Of a stretch of DNA of 64,000 nt, positions 50,792 to 64,000 are shown piece after piece. Origin of the DNA: Octopus vulgaris (taxonomy: Eukaryota). Within the stretch, counting starts at the first letter, position 1; every line of letters starts with the position of its first letter. The stretch covers positions 54,684,001-54,748,000 of the forward strand of contig OX597817.1 of the NCBI GenBank assembly GCA_951406725.2, written 5' to 3'. The notes beneath the pieces are model-generated. The model was not told the DNA's origin and did no database searches. It worked only from the letters and a program-made list of their open reading frames with translations. The translations under genes were made by a program, and so were the position numbers.

Positions 50792-52031
50792 CACACACAC
50801 AAAACACACATACACACCTACTCACGCATTCACAGAGGCATGAATTCAAATCTTGCTGAAATAAATTTTGTCTTTCATCGATAATACAAGTCCCGTTTGA
50901 ATATTGAAATCGACTCCACCACATTTCGCCACCGCCACTACCACGACCACCACCACCACGACCAGCACCACCACGCATCTGTGACATTGTGTCGATGTTA
51001 GTAATCATTATTTGTTCCATTAGAATTCCATGAGAACTATGCCAGGCAAAGTTATATATCAGAATATAGCGTTGAAATACCGTTTAGAGAATCGAGATGG
51101 AAAACGCAAAGGGGAAAAAAAAAATCGTAAAAAGGTTATATTCCAGTAAAGGTGTGTTGCGTGCAGAGAATAATTCTGAAATGCTATTTTGCAACTACAA
51201 CGAAATGAAAAAAAAAAATAATAAACAGATAAATGGAACTAAAATATAACAAAATACAACAGCATCTAAATTACAATGCATGACTCAAGCTTGTCTAATA
51301 GGATTGATAAGATCAAAAGTAGCAATAAGAAAGAAGGATTTGTTTTTCGTTTTCTTTAAATAACTAACATTTTGGGTAATTTTCCAAATGTATATGCATG
51401 TGTGTGTGTGTGTATGTGTGTCTGTATGTGTAGGTGTAAGTGTGTGAGTGTGTATTTGTGCGTGAACGGTTGGTCGGTGGTGAGGTATGTAAAGGTATAG
51501 GAGCGAAATATTTTTAACTGGAATGGCGACTTTGACAGCTATTTTCTATTTGCATGTGCTCTGTTAGTGTCATCTGTTTTTGCGGCATGTTTTGGAGGTA
51601 AACGAGACATGCGAGATACATTACAGCCAAAGAGAAACATTTAGAAACGAGCAAAGGCAAGACTTTATCGTTCTAATAGAAGTCTGAAAGAAAACATGGC
51701 GTCCGAAAATGTTTTAAATGGAGGTAAAAAAACGGAAAGCGAGAGATGGAGTCTGTATGTAATGTTGTTGTAATTTCATCTAATGTGATCCTGTACTGGG
51801 TTTCTCTTCAATTATGAGATCACAGGAAACAAATAACGTAGGAATACTCAAAATAGTCCTGTAAAATTACGCTCATATACTTGTATAACATACGTATACA
51901 TACACATACACATACATAAGCACAAATTTATACATACATGCATGTATATATACGTATAGCTGTATGTACGTGTATTTGTACATATGAATATGTATGTATA
52001 AATATATATACATATATATGTACATACACAC

Positions 52032-52067
<36 letters not shown>

Positions 52068-52237
52068 TTACATACATATATATATACATTCTTACATATA
52101 TATATATATATATATTCATACGCACATGCATGCATATATAAATACATACATATATATTTATATATGTATGTATACACATACACACGCACAAACACACACA
52201 TATATATACATGCATATATATACATATATACATATAT

Positions 52238-52320
<83 letters not shown>

Positions 52321-52341
52321 CATATATATATATATGTATAT

Positions 52342-52405
<64 letters not shown>

Positions 52406-53078
52406 GTACATATGTATTCACACACTGATATATATATATATATATATAATTACATACTCACACATGTAAGTATGTATATATATGAAACAAGCGAAGGAAG
52501 GAGTTGCTGGAATCACGTTTATTCGAAACATTATAGCCATTTCAACACCATATTGGTAATAAATCATTTAACAAGTTGGTAAACAAGGGCGAGGGAATTG
52601 ATTATGCAGCATCGATTATATAATATTGATTCTATATTGCAGAACCATAGTCTTGTTGACAGAATCTTGGTGAATAAATAAATACGAGCTCAATTTGGAT
52701 GTATTCACCTCAGTATAGAAATGCAGACGAAAAGGTGAGAAGATATCACAGAAATTGGGTGTTTACGTCGAAAGTGCAAATGAAAGGATTGTTAAAGATA
52801 ACGGTTTTAGAATATCACGTGGCAAGATTATTTTAAAATTTTTATTCTTTAATTAGTCTATATATGGATGTTTGTCCTTCTTATGGAAGAAATCGGATTT
52901 GGAGAGATCTGAAGAGACATGGGTTCCGCCGGGTCTAAATAAACAACTAAAGTTACGTTTTAGGTCAGAAGACAAATCGTATGAACTGCAAATCCTCCAA
53001 GCTAATGCAAGGTATACATACATACATAAATACATACATACATACATACATACATACATACATACATACATACATACA

Positions 53079-53114
<36 letters not shown>

Positions 53115-53125
53115 TATACACACAA

Positions 53126-53192
<67 letters not shown>

Positions 53193-53204
53193 CATAAAAT
53201 AATA

Positions 53205-53392
53205 AATAAATGCGCTGTTTTAAAACCTAGCCAGGCTCAATGGCCCAATTTCCCGGTTTCAATGGCGTATGTATTCCCCAACTGGACGGGACGCCAGTCC
53301 ATCGCAGCGTTACTGCGAAATGAATTGTTTTGCTCAAGATCACAACGCAACGCCCGGTCCAGGAATCGAAACCACAATTTTACGATTGTGGT
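53205..53392 (-). mobile_element. tRNA-derived SINE family C (truncated)
   Basis: B-box-like ggtttcgattcc, CORE-like gatcttgagcaa, body gcgatggactggcgtcccgtccag. Confidence 0.55.
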
Positions 53393-53670
53393 TTCTATCT
53401 GTTTCGACTAAAGACGGTGCTCAAACATGGCCGCAGTCAAATGACTGAAACAAGAAAAACAAAAATAAAATGACTTGATCTTCGGACACTTAAACTCTAA
53501 GTAAAACTTTACAGCTGAGGAAACTTGAGCAAAGTGAAAGGAAGTGACTTGCTTAAGAATACAACGCGCAACGCAATCTCGAAACTGAATTTACAATCTT
53601 ATATTCATGAAAGGAAAACCTTGACAATTTGAAAATATGTCTCCATAACTATTCTACGAGAATATATTTA

Positions 53671-54211
53671 CAGTAATCCCTCGACTATTGCGGGTGTTAC
53701 GTTGCAACCCCCACCCCACGATAGGTGAAAATCCACGAAGTAGAAACAGTAGTGTACTGTATATTTTAAAAAATTAGTTTTATAACATGTATGTATTTAC
53801 ATTATTTACATTTGTCAGATGGCGTAGTGGTTAAGAGCGCAGGATACTAACCCCAAGATTTCGAGTTCGATTCCAGGCGGTGACCTGAATAATAATAATA
53901 ATAACAACATTGAAAAATACCTTAGAAATGAGAACCCAGGTTCGAAATTTCCCCAAGGCACCTGATGAAAGCTGGAGTGTGTATCAGCCGAAACGTGGTG
54001 TTAACAACAAACAAGATGAGGACAAATATCCGTCAAATGTAAATAATGAAAATAATGTACATAATTTCTCAGCTCTTAAACATAGAACTGTATGTATATA
54101 TATATTTCATTATAAATGCAAAACACCACGGCGGAATCGACGTAAGCTTAAAAAATAAACCGTGATAGGTGAACCGCGATAGGTGAACCGCGATATGGCG
54201 AGGAAATACTT
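53671..54211. mobile_element. Tigger/pogo-like MITE hosting a tRNA-HHR element
   Basis: TA|CAGTAATCCCTCG ... CGAGGAAATACTT|TA; subterminal cgataggtgaa repeats. Confidence 0.7.
53820..54092 (+). mobile_element. tRNA-headed HHR element, copy 3
   Basis: A box TGGCGTAGTGG, B box GAGTTCGATTCC, (AAT)n, HHR at 53957-54002 (cleavage triplet GTG), tail as in copy 2. Confidence 0.85.
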
Positions 54212-54802
54212 TATAACAATAAGCACTTCGTCTCTCTTGTTAGCTGAGTCCTCAACTAAATCACCTTTGAAAAAAATATTCTGTGAGAATATAAGCCAAA
54301 AACTAATCCAGCTGCTTTAATTGTTATCACTAAGTGGTAAACTTCTTTATTTTAGATGGCCGAACAGAATTAAAAATTAAATTGGAGAATGAGTAATTAT
54401 CTTTTATTCCTCAGCAGTTAATTAGTTGTAGTTAAGTTAGTGTTAACATGTTTAACCTTCACAACGACTAAGTTATCGATATGCATTTAAATTTTATTGA
54501 TTTCATTTTTTTTCAGCTTAAATAAGGGCAGGGAATATCTTTGATGTAGAATATTCCATTTTTCATTCACGCTCAGAGTCACACATTCACATCCTCGCAT
54601 ACACGCACACATATCTGTATATATAATAATATTCCAATGTCGATAATTCGGCAACAAATGTCAGATGCTGTAATTGCTCTCATGCCATAAAGTTGGTCAA
54701 ACAGATAGAATCCTTTAGAATTCGATAAAACTTTACATTTTGGCCATTTTGCTCCCATTTGAGTGAGCAATCGGGGAAAGAGTAAAGGAGAGACGGAGAG
54801 AG

Positions 54803-54833
<31 letters not shown>

Positions 54834-55674
54834 GACAGAGAAATAAAGAGATATGCATACACTCACACATTCACACACAAACGCAAAAGAAGGGAGTCAA
54901 AGTATTATTTGAAGCTCAAATTATGCACAATAAGCATTATGGAGTTAATGCTGTCGTAATTAATAAGCTAATTGGTTATAAACACACTTTGAGCAAAATA
55001 CAATGTTACTGGTCAGTCGTTAATATTTTATGAAACATTCCGGTAGCTACAACATCTGACATGTTTCAGCCTTATCGGAATTCTTCAGTTAAGCTTATCT
55101 TTCAATCCGCTTGCTAACGTAGGTGTGTGTTGTGAAAAGCTGATTAAATATTCTTTTATTCTTTTACATGCTTCACTGATTGCAACGTGCCAATGCTACG
55201 TTGCAGCTTGGTGGGGTTTCGTCGATCTAATCGACACCTGTACTTATCGCGTTCGTTCTTGGTAATTACTATATCGGAGCCTTTTGTCCGACCGCTAATT
55301 TAAAGGGTCGAACGCAAACCGTCACTTGGTGTAAGGTAGTGTAGGGACAAACATAAAGACAATGCCACACTTAAGAATGCTTACATACATACACCACACA
55401 TACTCACACACATACACACATGCACATAGCTTTCCTCGTAGCTTGTTTCAGTTATTAGATTGTGGCTACGCTGGGGGTACCACTTTGCAGACTTTTTAGC
55501 CGAACGAATTGGCCTGAGAGCTATCTATTTTAGACGTAGTACTTATTCTATCGGTCTCTTGTACCAAACAGCTAATTTACGGGAAATAAGCATACCAACA
55601 TCGGTTGTCAAGCAGTGTTGGGGGACAAACACAGACACACAGACACACATAGATATAGATATAAATACATAAAT

Positions 55675-55736
<62 letters not shown>

Positions 55737-55918
55737 CTGTGTGTGTGTAAGTATATGTATATATGTATATATATATATATATATATATCTGTATGTTAAA
55801 ATTTTTATATGTATACAGATATATATATATATATATATATATATCTGTATACATATAAAAATTTTAACATACACAGAGTACAATTTTCTATATCATTTGT
55901 ACTCTGTGTAAGTTGGAC

Positions 55919-55960
<42 letters not shown>

Positions 55961-56946
55961 TTTGTATTTCATGCATTTAATACACTTTATATCTTGATCT
56001 ATCTAACTCGCTTATTCCCACATTTGCTTCTATACCAGCTCAAGTTTGAATATTTTGAGCACTACTAAGTGCATTTTATACGGTGTCTGGATCTCATCTC
56101 ATCTCTCTCCCTCTGTCTATCTCCCTCTCCCTCTCCCTCTCTCTTTATATATATTTATATATATACACTTACCCTAGGTGCCACGCAGTGAGACTGCATC
56201 CGGAACCATGTGATTGGGAAGCAAACCTCTTACCACAAAGCAACGCGTTGAGCCTAAACAACTGGCTTCTACAGTTTCTGTCTACCAAATTCATTCGTAT
56301 GGTGTCTGTCAGCCCAGTGCATTATTACATGACACTAGCTCAAGGCGCTGCACAATGATACAGAACCCCAAGTCACGTTGTTGTGAAGCGAACTTTCTTG
56401 CCTGACAGACATTTGTGCAAATTGGTATATTTTAGAAGATAAATTCTTTAGAAATATATCTGTATATAGATATCCTTTTCCATCTAAGAAGTTCGTCTGG
56501 TAAATATGTCACTTCGGGCTCAGCTTCAGATTTTTTGAGTCTTCAGTCAATGCCGAGGAACAGCCTTGACTTGATATAAAGCTAGCGTTGAAGGATATTC
56601 TGTCGTGTTGATCATACAAAATCTTGGAGATTATAATTAATCTGTCTTCTGGCTTAACATTTCCAAAATGTCTCTGGGTGCATTTAAGGAAGTTAGAACC
56701 ATAGCAATCTAGCAGAGCAGGCCGAAAATCACAGCCATCGACGTATCAAGGCGTGTTATCTCCCTTATACACCAGTCTTTAACCCTTAAACATTTAGACC
56801 GGCCACATCTGATTGGAATACTCTACGTGTTTTATGTTGAAACTGACTAGATCAGGCCTCTTACACCTGCCTTACATTGTCATTCTAAGAGTAAAAAACA
56901 ATCATACAACCGAAATCTCAAAGCTACGAGACAATTCACGATTAAT

Positions 56947-57291
56947 TTTACTTGTCTCAGTCATTTGACTGCGGCCATACTGGGGCACCGCCTTGAAGGG
57001 TTTTATTCGAACAAATCGATCCTAGGACTTATTTTTAAAGCATAGTACTTATTCTATCAGTTTTCTTTCGTCGAACTGCTAAGTTAAGTAGATGTAAACA
57101 CACGGATGGGGACAAACGCAGACACAAAGACACACACACGTAAATCTATAAATATATACGACGGGATTCTTTCAGTTTTCATCTATCAGATCCACTCATA
57201 AGATTGCGGTCGGCCCGAGGCTATGGTGGAAGACTCTTGGCCATGGTTCTACGCAGTGGGACTGAACCCGGAACCATGTGGTTGGGAGGCA
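56947..57291 (-). mobile_element. SINE family A
   Basis: Reverse complement of family A. Confidence 0.8.
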
Positions 57292-57692
57292 AAGAGTAAT
57301 CTGGATGACAAAAGATGAAAAGTGTCAAAACCGTCGTGCAGGTTGCCCTTCAAAGCCAGAACTAACGCAAAACTAAAAATTGCTAAACACAATGTTATGG
57401 TGTCTTATCTATAGTTCTCTGTATATTATTTCTGATCGAAAGATATCTGCATAGAATGTGATAGAATTCTAATAATATACAGTGAATCTAGAGAGGATGT
57501 AGAGATTACAAAACAGATGTATTCTAATATATTCCGAACAAAACAAAAACGGAATTAAATTTCATGGCAGGGTAACTCTGCTGAAGATATCGAACGACCA
57601 GGTGGCGTTATTCAACCCCTTCAGTTGTATTAAATATACCATGTGAAAACAGGTATGAAACATCACTCTCTCTTCAATACAGGTGTATAATG

Positions 57693-57794
<102 letters not shown>

Positions 57795-58704
57795 TTAATA
57801 ATAATAGTAATAATGAATATTTTTATTATTGTTATTATTATTTTTGTTGTTTTTGCTGTTGGTATTGTAGTTGTTATAACAATAATGCATTTTAATAAAG
57901 TTTACGAAATTTAAAATTCGGTTTATTTTCTTTTATATTTCCAACAAGGGGTTGATGTAATAAAACAAGAACATCAAAAATAAATAAATCATAACAGTGC
58001 ATGTATGTAATGTACGGGGTATATATATATATATATATATATATATGACTCTAACCAAAATAAGTTTATATAATTACATTTACAAAACTATGAATCTATG
58101 TGCAGACATGGAAAAAGAAAATAGAATGACAAAAAGAAAAAAAAAAGTGGAAAACGAATTTGCATAGTTTATTATGAAAAAGATAGCAGGGCAAAAGAAT
58201 AGTATGGAAATTGAATTGACTTAGTTGAAAGGAAAGTTTGTAACAAAAAAAAAAAGCTTTGTTGCAACCTCCAGGATAGTGATTCTGCTCTCTGCACAAG
58301 TCTTCCTCAACCGCCATTTTTATATATTACATATGGTTGTATATTAGGCACGCTAATGTATTGTTTAAGTATATATATATATATATATATCTATAGGAGC
58401 GTTTATAACTGTGTATAAATTATGCGATGTGTATGTGTGGGTATGTAAGTTTCATTCTATGTGTGCGTGCATATGTGTATACACATAAGTATATATACAT
58501 ATATATATACATATACATACAAACATATATATATATATATATATAAATAAATATATATATATGTATGTATGCGTAAACATACAATATATTCATGTATATA
58601 TACGCATGCGTGTGTGAATGTGGGTAATATATATATATACATATATACATATATATATATACATACATACATATTTATATATATACACACGCATATATAT
58701 ATAT

Positions 58705-58795
<91 letters not shown>

Positions 58796-58806
58796 TATAT
58801 ATATAT

Positions 58807-58863
<57 letters not shown>

Positions 58864-59490
58864 TACATACACGGGTGTTTATGACATATATTAACAAACA
58901 CATATACATATAGGGAGAGAGAGGGATGTAGATCATATATTTATATATGTATATATTGAAATATAAACAAGCATGTATATAATTATATGTATGAATTATA
59001 CATATACGTAATTATTAAGACATATATGTGGCGACACATACATTCTTATACATAAATAGCTCGACATACGTAAGTACACACACAGACATACACACATATA
59101 CAGACACACACATATATGATATGAATGTGAAATTGTGAATAGTTATGAAGTTCAATAGGTGCGGTAGTTTTCAAAATAAATGTCAAAAAAATATTTTAGA
59201 TTTCTGGTTTAGAAATTGATTTGTTGAATAACAAATTTTCTGGAGGATTGCGGATATAACACTGAAAATACGCGCACACGCATATACACACCCTAGACAT
59301 ATGCAAAACACCTGCTCACGAATATACATGCGTGCACACAGACACCGCGTTGACAAACATACATATACAACATATCAACAAACAAACACATTCAGTACAC
59401 ACACACGCTCATATACATCTGCATATACATGCTTGATATATTAAAATATATAAACTACCCCCCCCACACACATATATATAAACTACATAT

Positions 59491-59532
<42 letters not shown>

Positions 59533-59753
59533 CATATATATGTATGTATATATATATATATATGCATTTATATGAATACATATACATACATGTGTATATA
59601 TATATATGTATTTATACACACACATGCATATATATATGTGAATTGATTTACATATGTGTCTGTGTGTATATATATATACATAAATATATATGTATATATG
59701 TATATATGTAAATATATATGCATACATATACATGTACATATGTATATATGTAA

Positions 59754-59823
<70 letters not shown>

Positions 59824-59837
59824 TAACAAACGCAAAC

Positions 59838-59883
<46 letters not shown>

Positions 59884-60278
59884 CTACACGCGCAGAACCA
59901 CATATGTGAATAAATATTTGTAATCAATGCGAACACAAGATAACCAGAAAATATATCAACCGGTGAATATACAGCAGCGAATATGAAAATTGACTGGTGA
60001 AGATTTCTTTTAACATAATAAAGGAATAAATAACATTTTTTGAGCTTCTTTTACTTCTAGTGTTTACCGTTTGAAAGTAGAGTTAAAAAGTAAAAATAGA
60101 AAAACATATAAAATTGTTGCTTTTTCTCTTTTTTTTCTCTAAAAATCTATTTATGTTCCATTTTCGGGTTACCTTTTGACATTTGAGTTTGGATAATGAA
60201 ATAAAATGAATGATAACAAAATAAATAAACATTCTATATATATACATACATACATACATACATATATATACACACACA

Positions 60279-60325
<47 letters not shown>

Positions 60326-60456
60326 TCATATATATATACATATATATATTGTAAATTCTCATTATATATATATGTACGTGTATGAATATGTATGTATGAA
60401 TATGTATGTATGAATATATATTCGTGTTTATAAAGATTCATACACGCACCAACTCT

Positions 60457-60491
<35 letters not shown>

Positions 60492-60601
60492 GCACGCACA
60501 CACACAAACGCACATACACACATATTAATACATGCGTAGCGTATGTTGTATTTTTTCACGAAATATATATACATACATAGATACATACATGAATATACAC
60601 T

Positions 60602-60672
<71 letters not shown>

Positions 60673-60737
60673 GAATATATATATTTATATATGTATATAT
60701 GTATATATATATATGTTTATATATATATATATATGTA

Positions 60738-60794
<57 letters not shown>

Positions 60795-61088
60795 CTGTGT
60801 GTGTATGTTCTGTTCATATATATATATATATGAACAGAACAGAAAAGAATCTCAGGCAAAAAGGGAAAGAAGGTAATATGATGTATTAAAAAATGCAATC
60901 CAAATGAAGCAGCAAATATTTAAGTAGAAATATATACACGACACTGGATCGTTCATGAGAAATTGACGATTCAATCCTGATGTTTCGTGATGCAATATTA
61001 TGTGAAATAGAGAAGGAGAGAGAATATAGTCGTCGCTGTTAATGATCATGATGTTTTGAATGTTGCTGGTGACGAGCTGAACGCAAGC

Positions 61089-61193
<105 letters not shown>

Positions 61194-61721
61194 TTTGTGT
61201 TATCATATATATTGTTTAAGTGTTATCATGTACATTGTTTTGTCTTGGTATAAAAGATGGTCTACAGCAAATATTCTGCTCAATACCACAGATTTGCTTG
61301 TCAGATGTTTGACCTTAACCAGTTGAGCATGTCCCTTAGTGGCTGACGATGTGTGCATCTCTGATCACGAGCAGAAGTAGTAGGGGAGCATCATAGCCGT
61401 GTGTTGAGAGGAATTCTTGATGGTTTGAATAATTCATCTTTGGAAACATGGGTGGTTTGTTCAACACCCTTAAACAAACCACCTTTTGAGGGACCTTTTG
61501 AGCGGGATGGGTTACTCGATCAGAAGAAAATTCTAACTGGACCCCCACCTGCAAGATCATGTGCTGTTTATCTTGCTGTGAGATCACCATGTCGCGCACA
61601 TATGGTTGTAATGCATGTGCCAAGTGTACCCTTATCAGACGGGTAGTCATGATGATTATATTGGGCTTCGTATATTTTACCCCAGTGTCACTTTGATGGC
61701 GTGCATTGCTCTCTCACTCAG
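61194..61721 (+). mobile_element. ~530 bp non-coding element inserted in (AAT)n
   Basis: GC-richer block with long (AAT)n on both sides; no convincing ORF. Confidence 0.5.
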
Positions 61722-61741
61722 TAATAATAATAATAATAATG

Positions 61742-61793
<52 letters not shown>

Positions 61794-61844
61794 TGATCGT
61801 TTCTACGATATAATAACCATAATAATCTGTTCTACAATAGAGTG

Positions 61845-62146
61845 GAGAGGGATAGTCGAATGTTTTATAGACCCCGAAAAGATGGTATAGTCGAGTTTGA
61901 ATTCAGGACACACGAAATACCTATTTCTTTACTACCCACAAGGGGCCAAACACAGAGACGACAAACAAGGACAGACAAACGGATTAAGTCGGTTATATCG
62001 ACCCCAGTGCGTAACTGATACTTATTTTATCGACCCCGAAAGGATGAAAGGCAAAGTGGACCTCGGCGGAACTTGAACTCAGAACGTAGCGGCAGACGAA
62101 ATAATGCTAAGCATTTTGCGCCGCATGCTAACGATTCTGCCAGCTC
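61845..62146 (-). mobile_element. SINE family B, Tx1-tail subtype, dimer-like
   Basis: Tail aaagaaataggtatttcg followed by a degenerate second body. Confidence 0.75.
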
Positions 62147-62614
62147 ATATTCTGGACAGGAGTTTTTATATATTTACAAAATTTTATTCTTGCCAAAGGT
62201 GTTGATGTTTACTCAATTTAGATTTCATTTAAAGTATTTCAACGGATAGGCATACACACACATACACACAGACACGCACATACTCACGCAGACATACTCA
62301 TATCCACGCATGCACAAAACGAAACACGCACCCACATCACACACACACACATACACATTCACATGCACAAACACACATGCATATATGATAATATATATTC
62401 CTATTAATATATATAACACAAACACCATCCGAGTAAAGAACTCAATATCTGATCGTATAATTAAATATTTATTTTCTCCCACTTTCTTCGAAAGGTGTCA
62501 TTGACTCACAAATTATGCCCAGTCACCCTTTTTCAAACATTTTGAAAGGACAAATTTGACAAAGTATTATATTAGATGCCATCTATAGTAATCTTACATG
62601 TGTGCAACAATTGA

Positions 62615-63291
62615 CATGACAGAGTCGACCAGTATCAAGAAATGACAGAGTCGGCCAGTATTTACATTGGACAATATGTCGGCATTATAAAATGAAAACC
62701 GCTGACAAATGGTAAAAACATCATCCTGAAGCTGTGACTGAGGGAGAAAATGTGTCGATTCTATGGGACTTCCCCGTGCAGACCGACAGGACTATAAAAG
62801 CTAATAAACCGGATATTATTATAAAAGATCAGACAAAAAGGATGTGTTTATTAATTGCCATGAGTATTCCCTGTGATCACAATATAGCGGCGAAAGAATT
62901 TGACAAGATTAGTAAATATAAAGACCTGCTAATAGAAATTGAAAAAATGTGGCATCTCAAGGCGACTACAGTACCAGTGATTGTAGGATCTCTAGGAATG
63001 ATAAAAAAAAGGTACTGAAACCTATTTGAAAATGATTCCAGACTTACCACCCCTACAGGAAGTGAAAAAATCGTGTTAACTGGAACGGCTCATGTACTGA
63101 GAAGAGGACTATCGCTGTGAAAATAACATCCATCCATGAATTTATTTATTTATTAATATTTAAATAATATTTTATCTGTGAATTTGCGCGTGTAATCTGG
63201 GAATGCATACAATGCCTTTCTCTGCCCTAGATGTATGGATAACACTCGGCGAGAAACGGAAGAAAATTTGAAGAAAGAAGAAAAAAACATC

Positions 63292-63329
<38 letters not shown>
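62615..63329 (+). mobile_element. 5'-truncated R4/Dong-like LINE with restriction-like endonuclease
   Basis: DRVGQYLHW...ILWDFPVQTDRTIKANKPDIII...KEFDKISKY...PVIVGSLG...HVLRRGLSL*; (TAA)n tail. Confidence 0.85.
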
Positions 63330-63332
<3 letters not shown>

Positions 63333-64000
63333 GACACCGAGGACGTTTAACATGTGAGAGCGATAAAACACTGCTCCGAAATCTATCCACAAACATCGGA
63401 AATTAAGACATTGCATGGAACTAAAAAATAGCTGACAAAGTGTTGGACTATATCTGAGTAAGTAATACTCATTGAAATTTGTTACTATTTCCCAAATTAA
63501 ATGATGTATTTTAACTGGGTATCATATCCACTGCTCGCACAGCACATGTAAACATGCTTGATACATTAGGCTTACAAAGAATAAATTCCGGGGGTCTATG
63601 TGTTCCACTAAAGACGATGCTACAGCATGGGTGCAGTCAAATTACTGAAACAAATAAAAGAGAGTAAAAGAATGATATTAGTGTTTTAAAAGATGATTTT
63701 CACGAAAGACACGAAGCCATCCATTTATGGAGAAGGGACAACCGGTGGAATCGGCCTGTTACATATTTTATCGAGGCTGGGTGGGATGAAAGACAAAGAC
63801 AACCAGTGTGAGATTCGAACTCAGATCGAAATGTCAGGTCACTCAATATCGCAAAATATCTTGTCTGAGTCACTTAACACATCTGCCATTCATTATTGTT
63901 GTAAGTGTTAAATAATAAACAATCTCCTACCACCCCCTCACACCGCTATCACTACCCCAGACCAACATTATAATACAAAACAATATTTAAAAAAATAGGA

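Noticed and set aside
54915-54985. Cluster of TAAT/ATTA homeodomain-like sites
   Set aside because: Expected by chance in AT-rich DNA; needs conservation data.

Overview
AT-rich, repeat-saturated eukaryotic DNA with no confidently identifiable host gene. The microsatellite load and SINE families resemble an octopus (coleoid) genome; this is inferred from pattern recognition, not a database hit. Nearly all ORFs in the track are microsatellite artefacts. Supported content: (1) an apparently intact two-ORF CR1-group LINE (about 36.9-41.6 kb). Its ORF2 has no ATG before the endonuclease motifs and is reachable from ORF1 through an in-phase U_UUU_UUA -1 slippery site. ORF1 has a Myb/SANT-like N-terminus and two CCCH fingers. 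(2) Many Penelope-like (PLE) terminal-repeat fragments, often as inverted pairs, carrying minimal hammerhead ribozyme (HHR) motifs of about five sequence families, plus a decayed PLE GIY-YIG domain. (3) A three-copy element joining a tRNA-derived Pol III head to an HHR and PLE-type ends, a candidate Penelope-mobilised ribozyme SINE. (4) Dozens of tRNA-SINE copies, one subtype sharing its tail with a Tx1/L1-type LINE. (5) A nested Tc1/mariner pile-up, a foldback element with internal TTAGGG repeats, Helitron, hAT, piggyBac and Tigger-like MITEs, and R4/Dong LINE ends in (TAA)n. All alignments and folds were done by eye; element boundaries are approximate.
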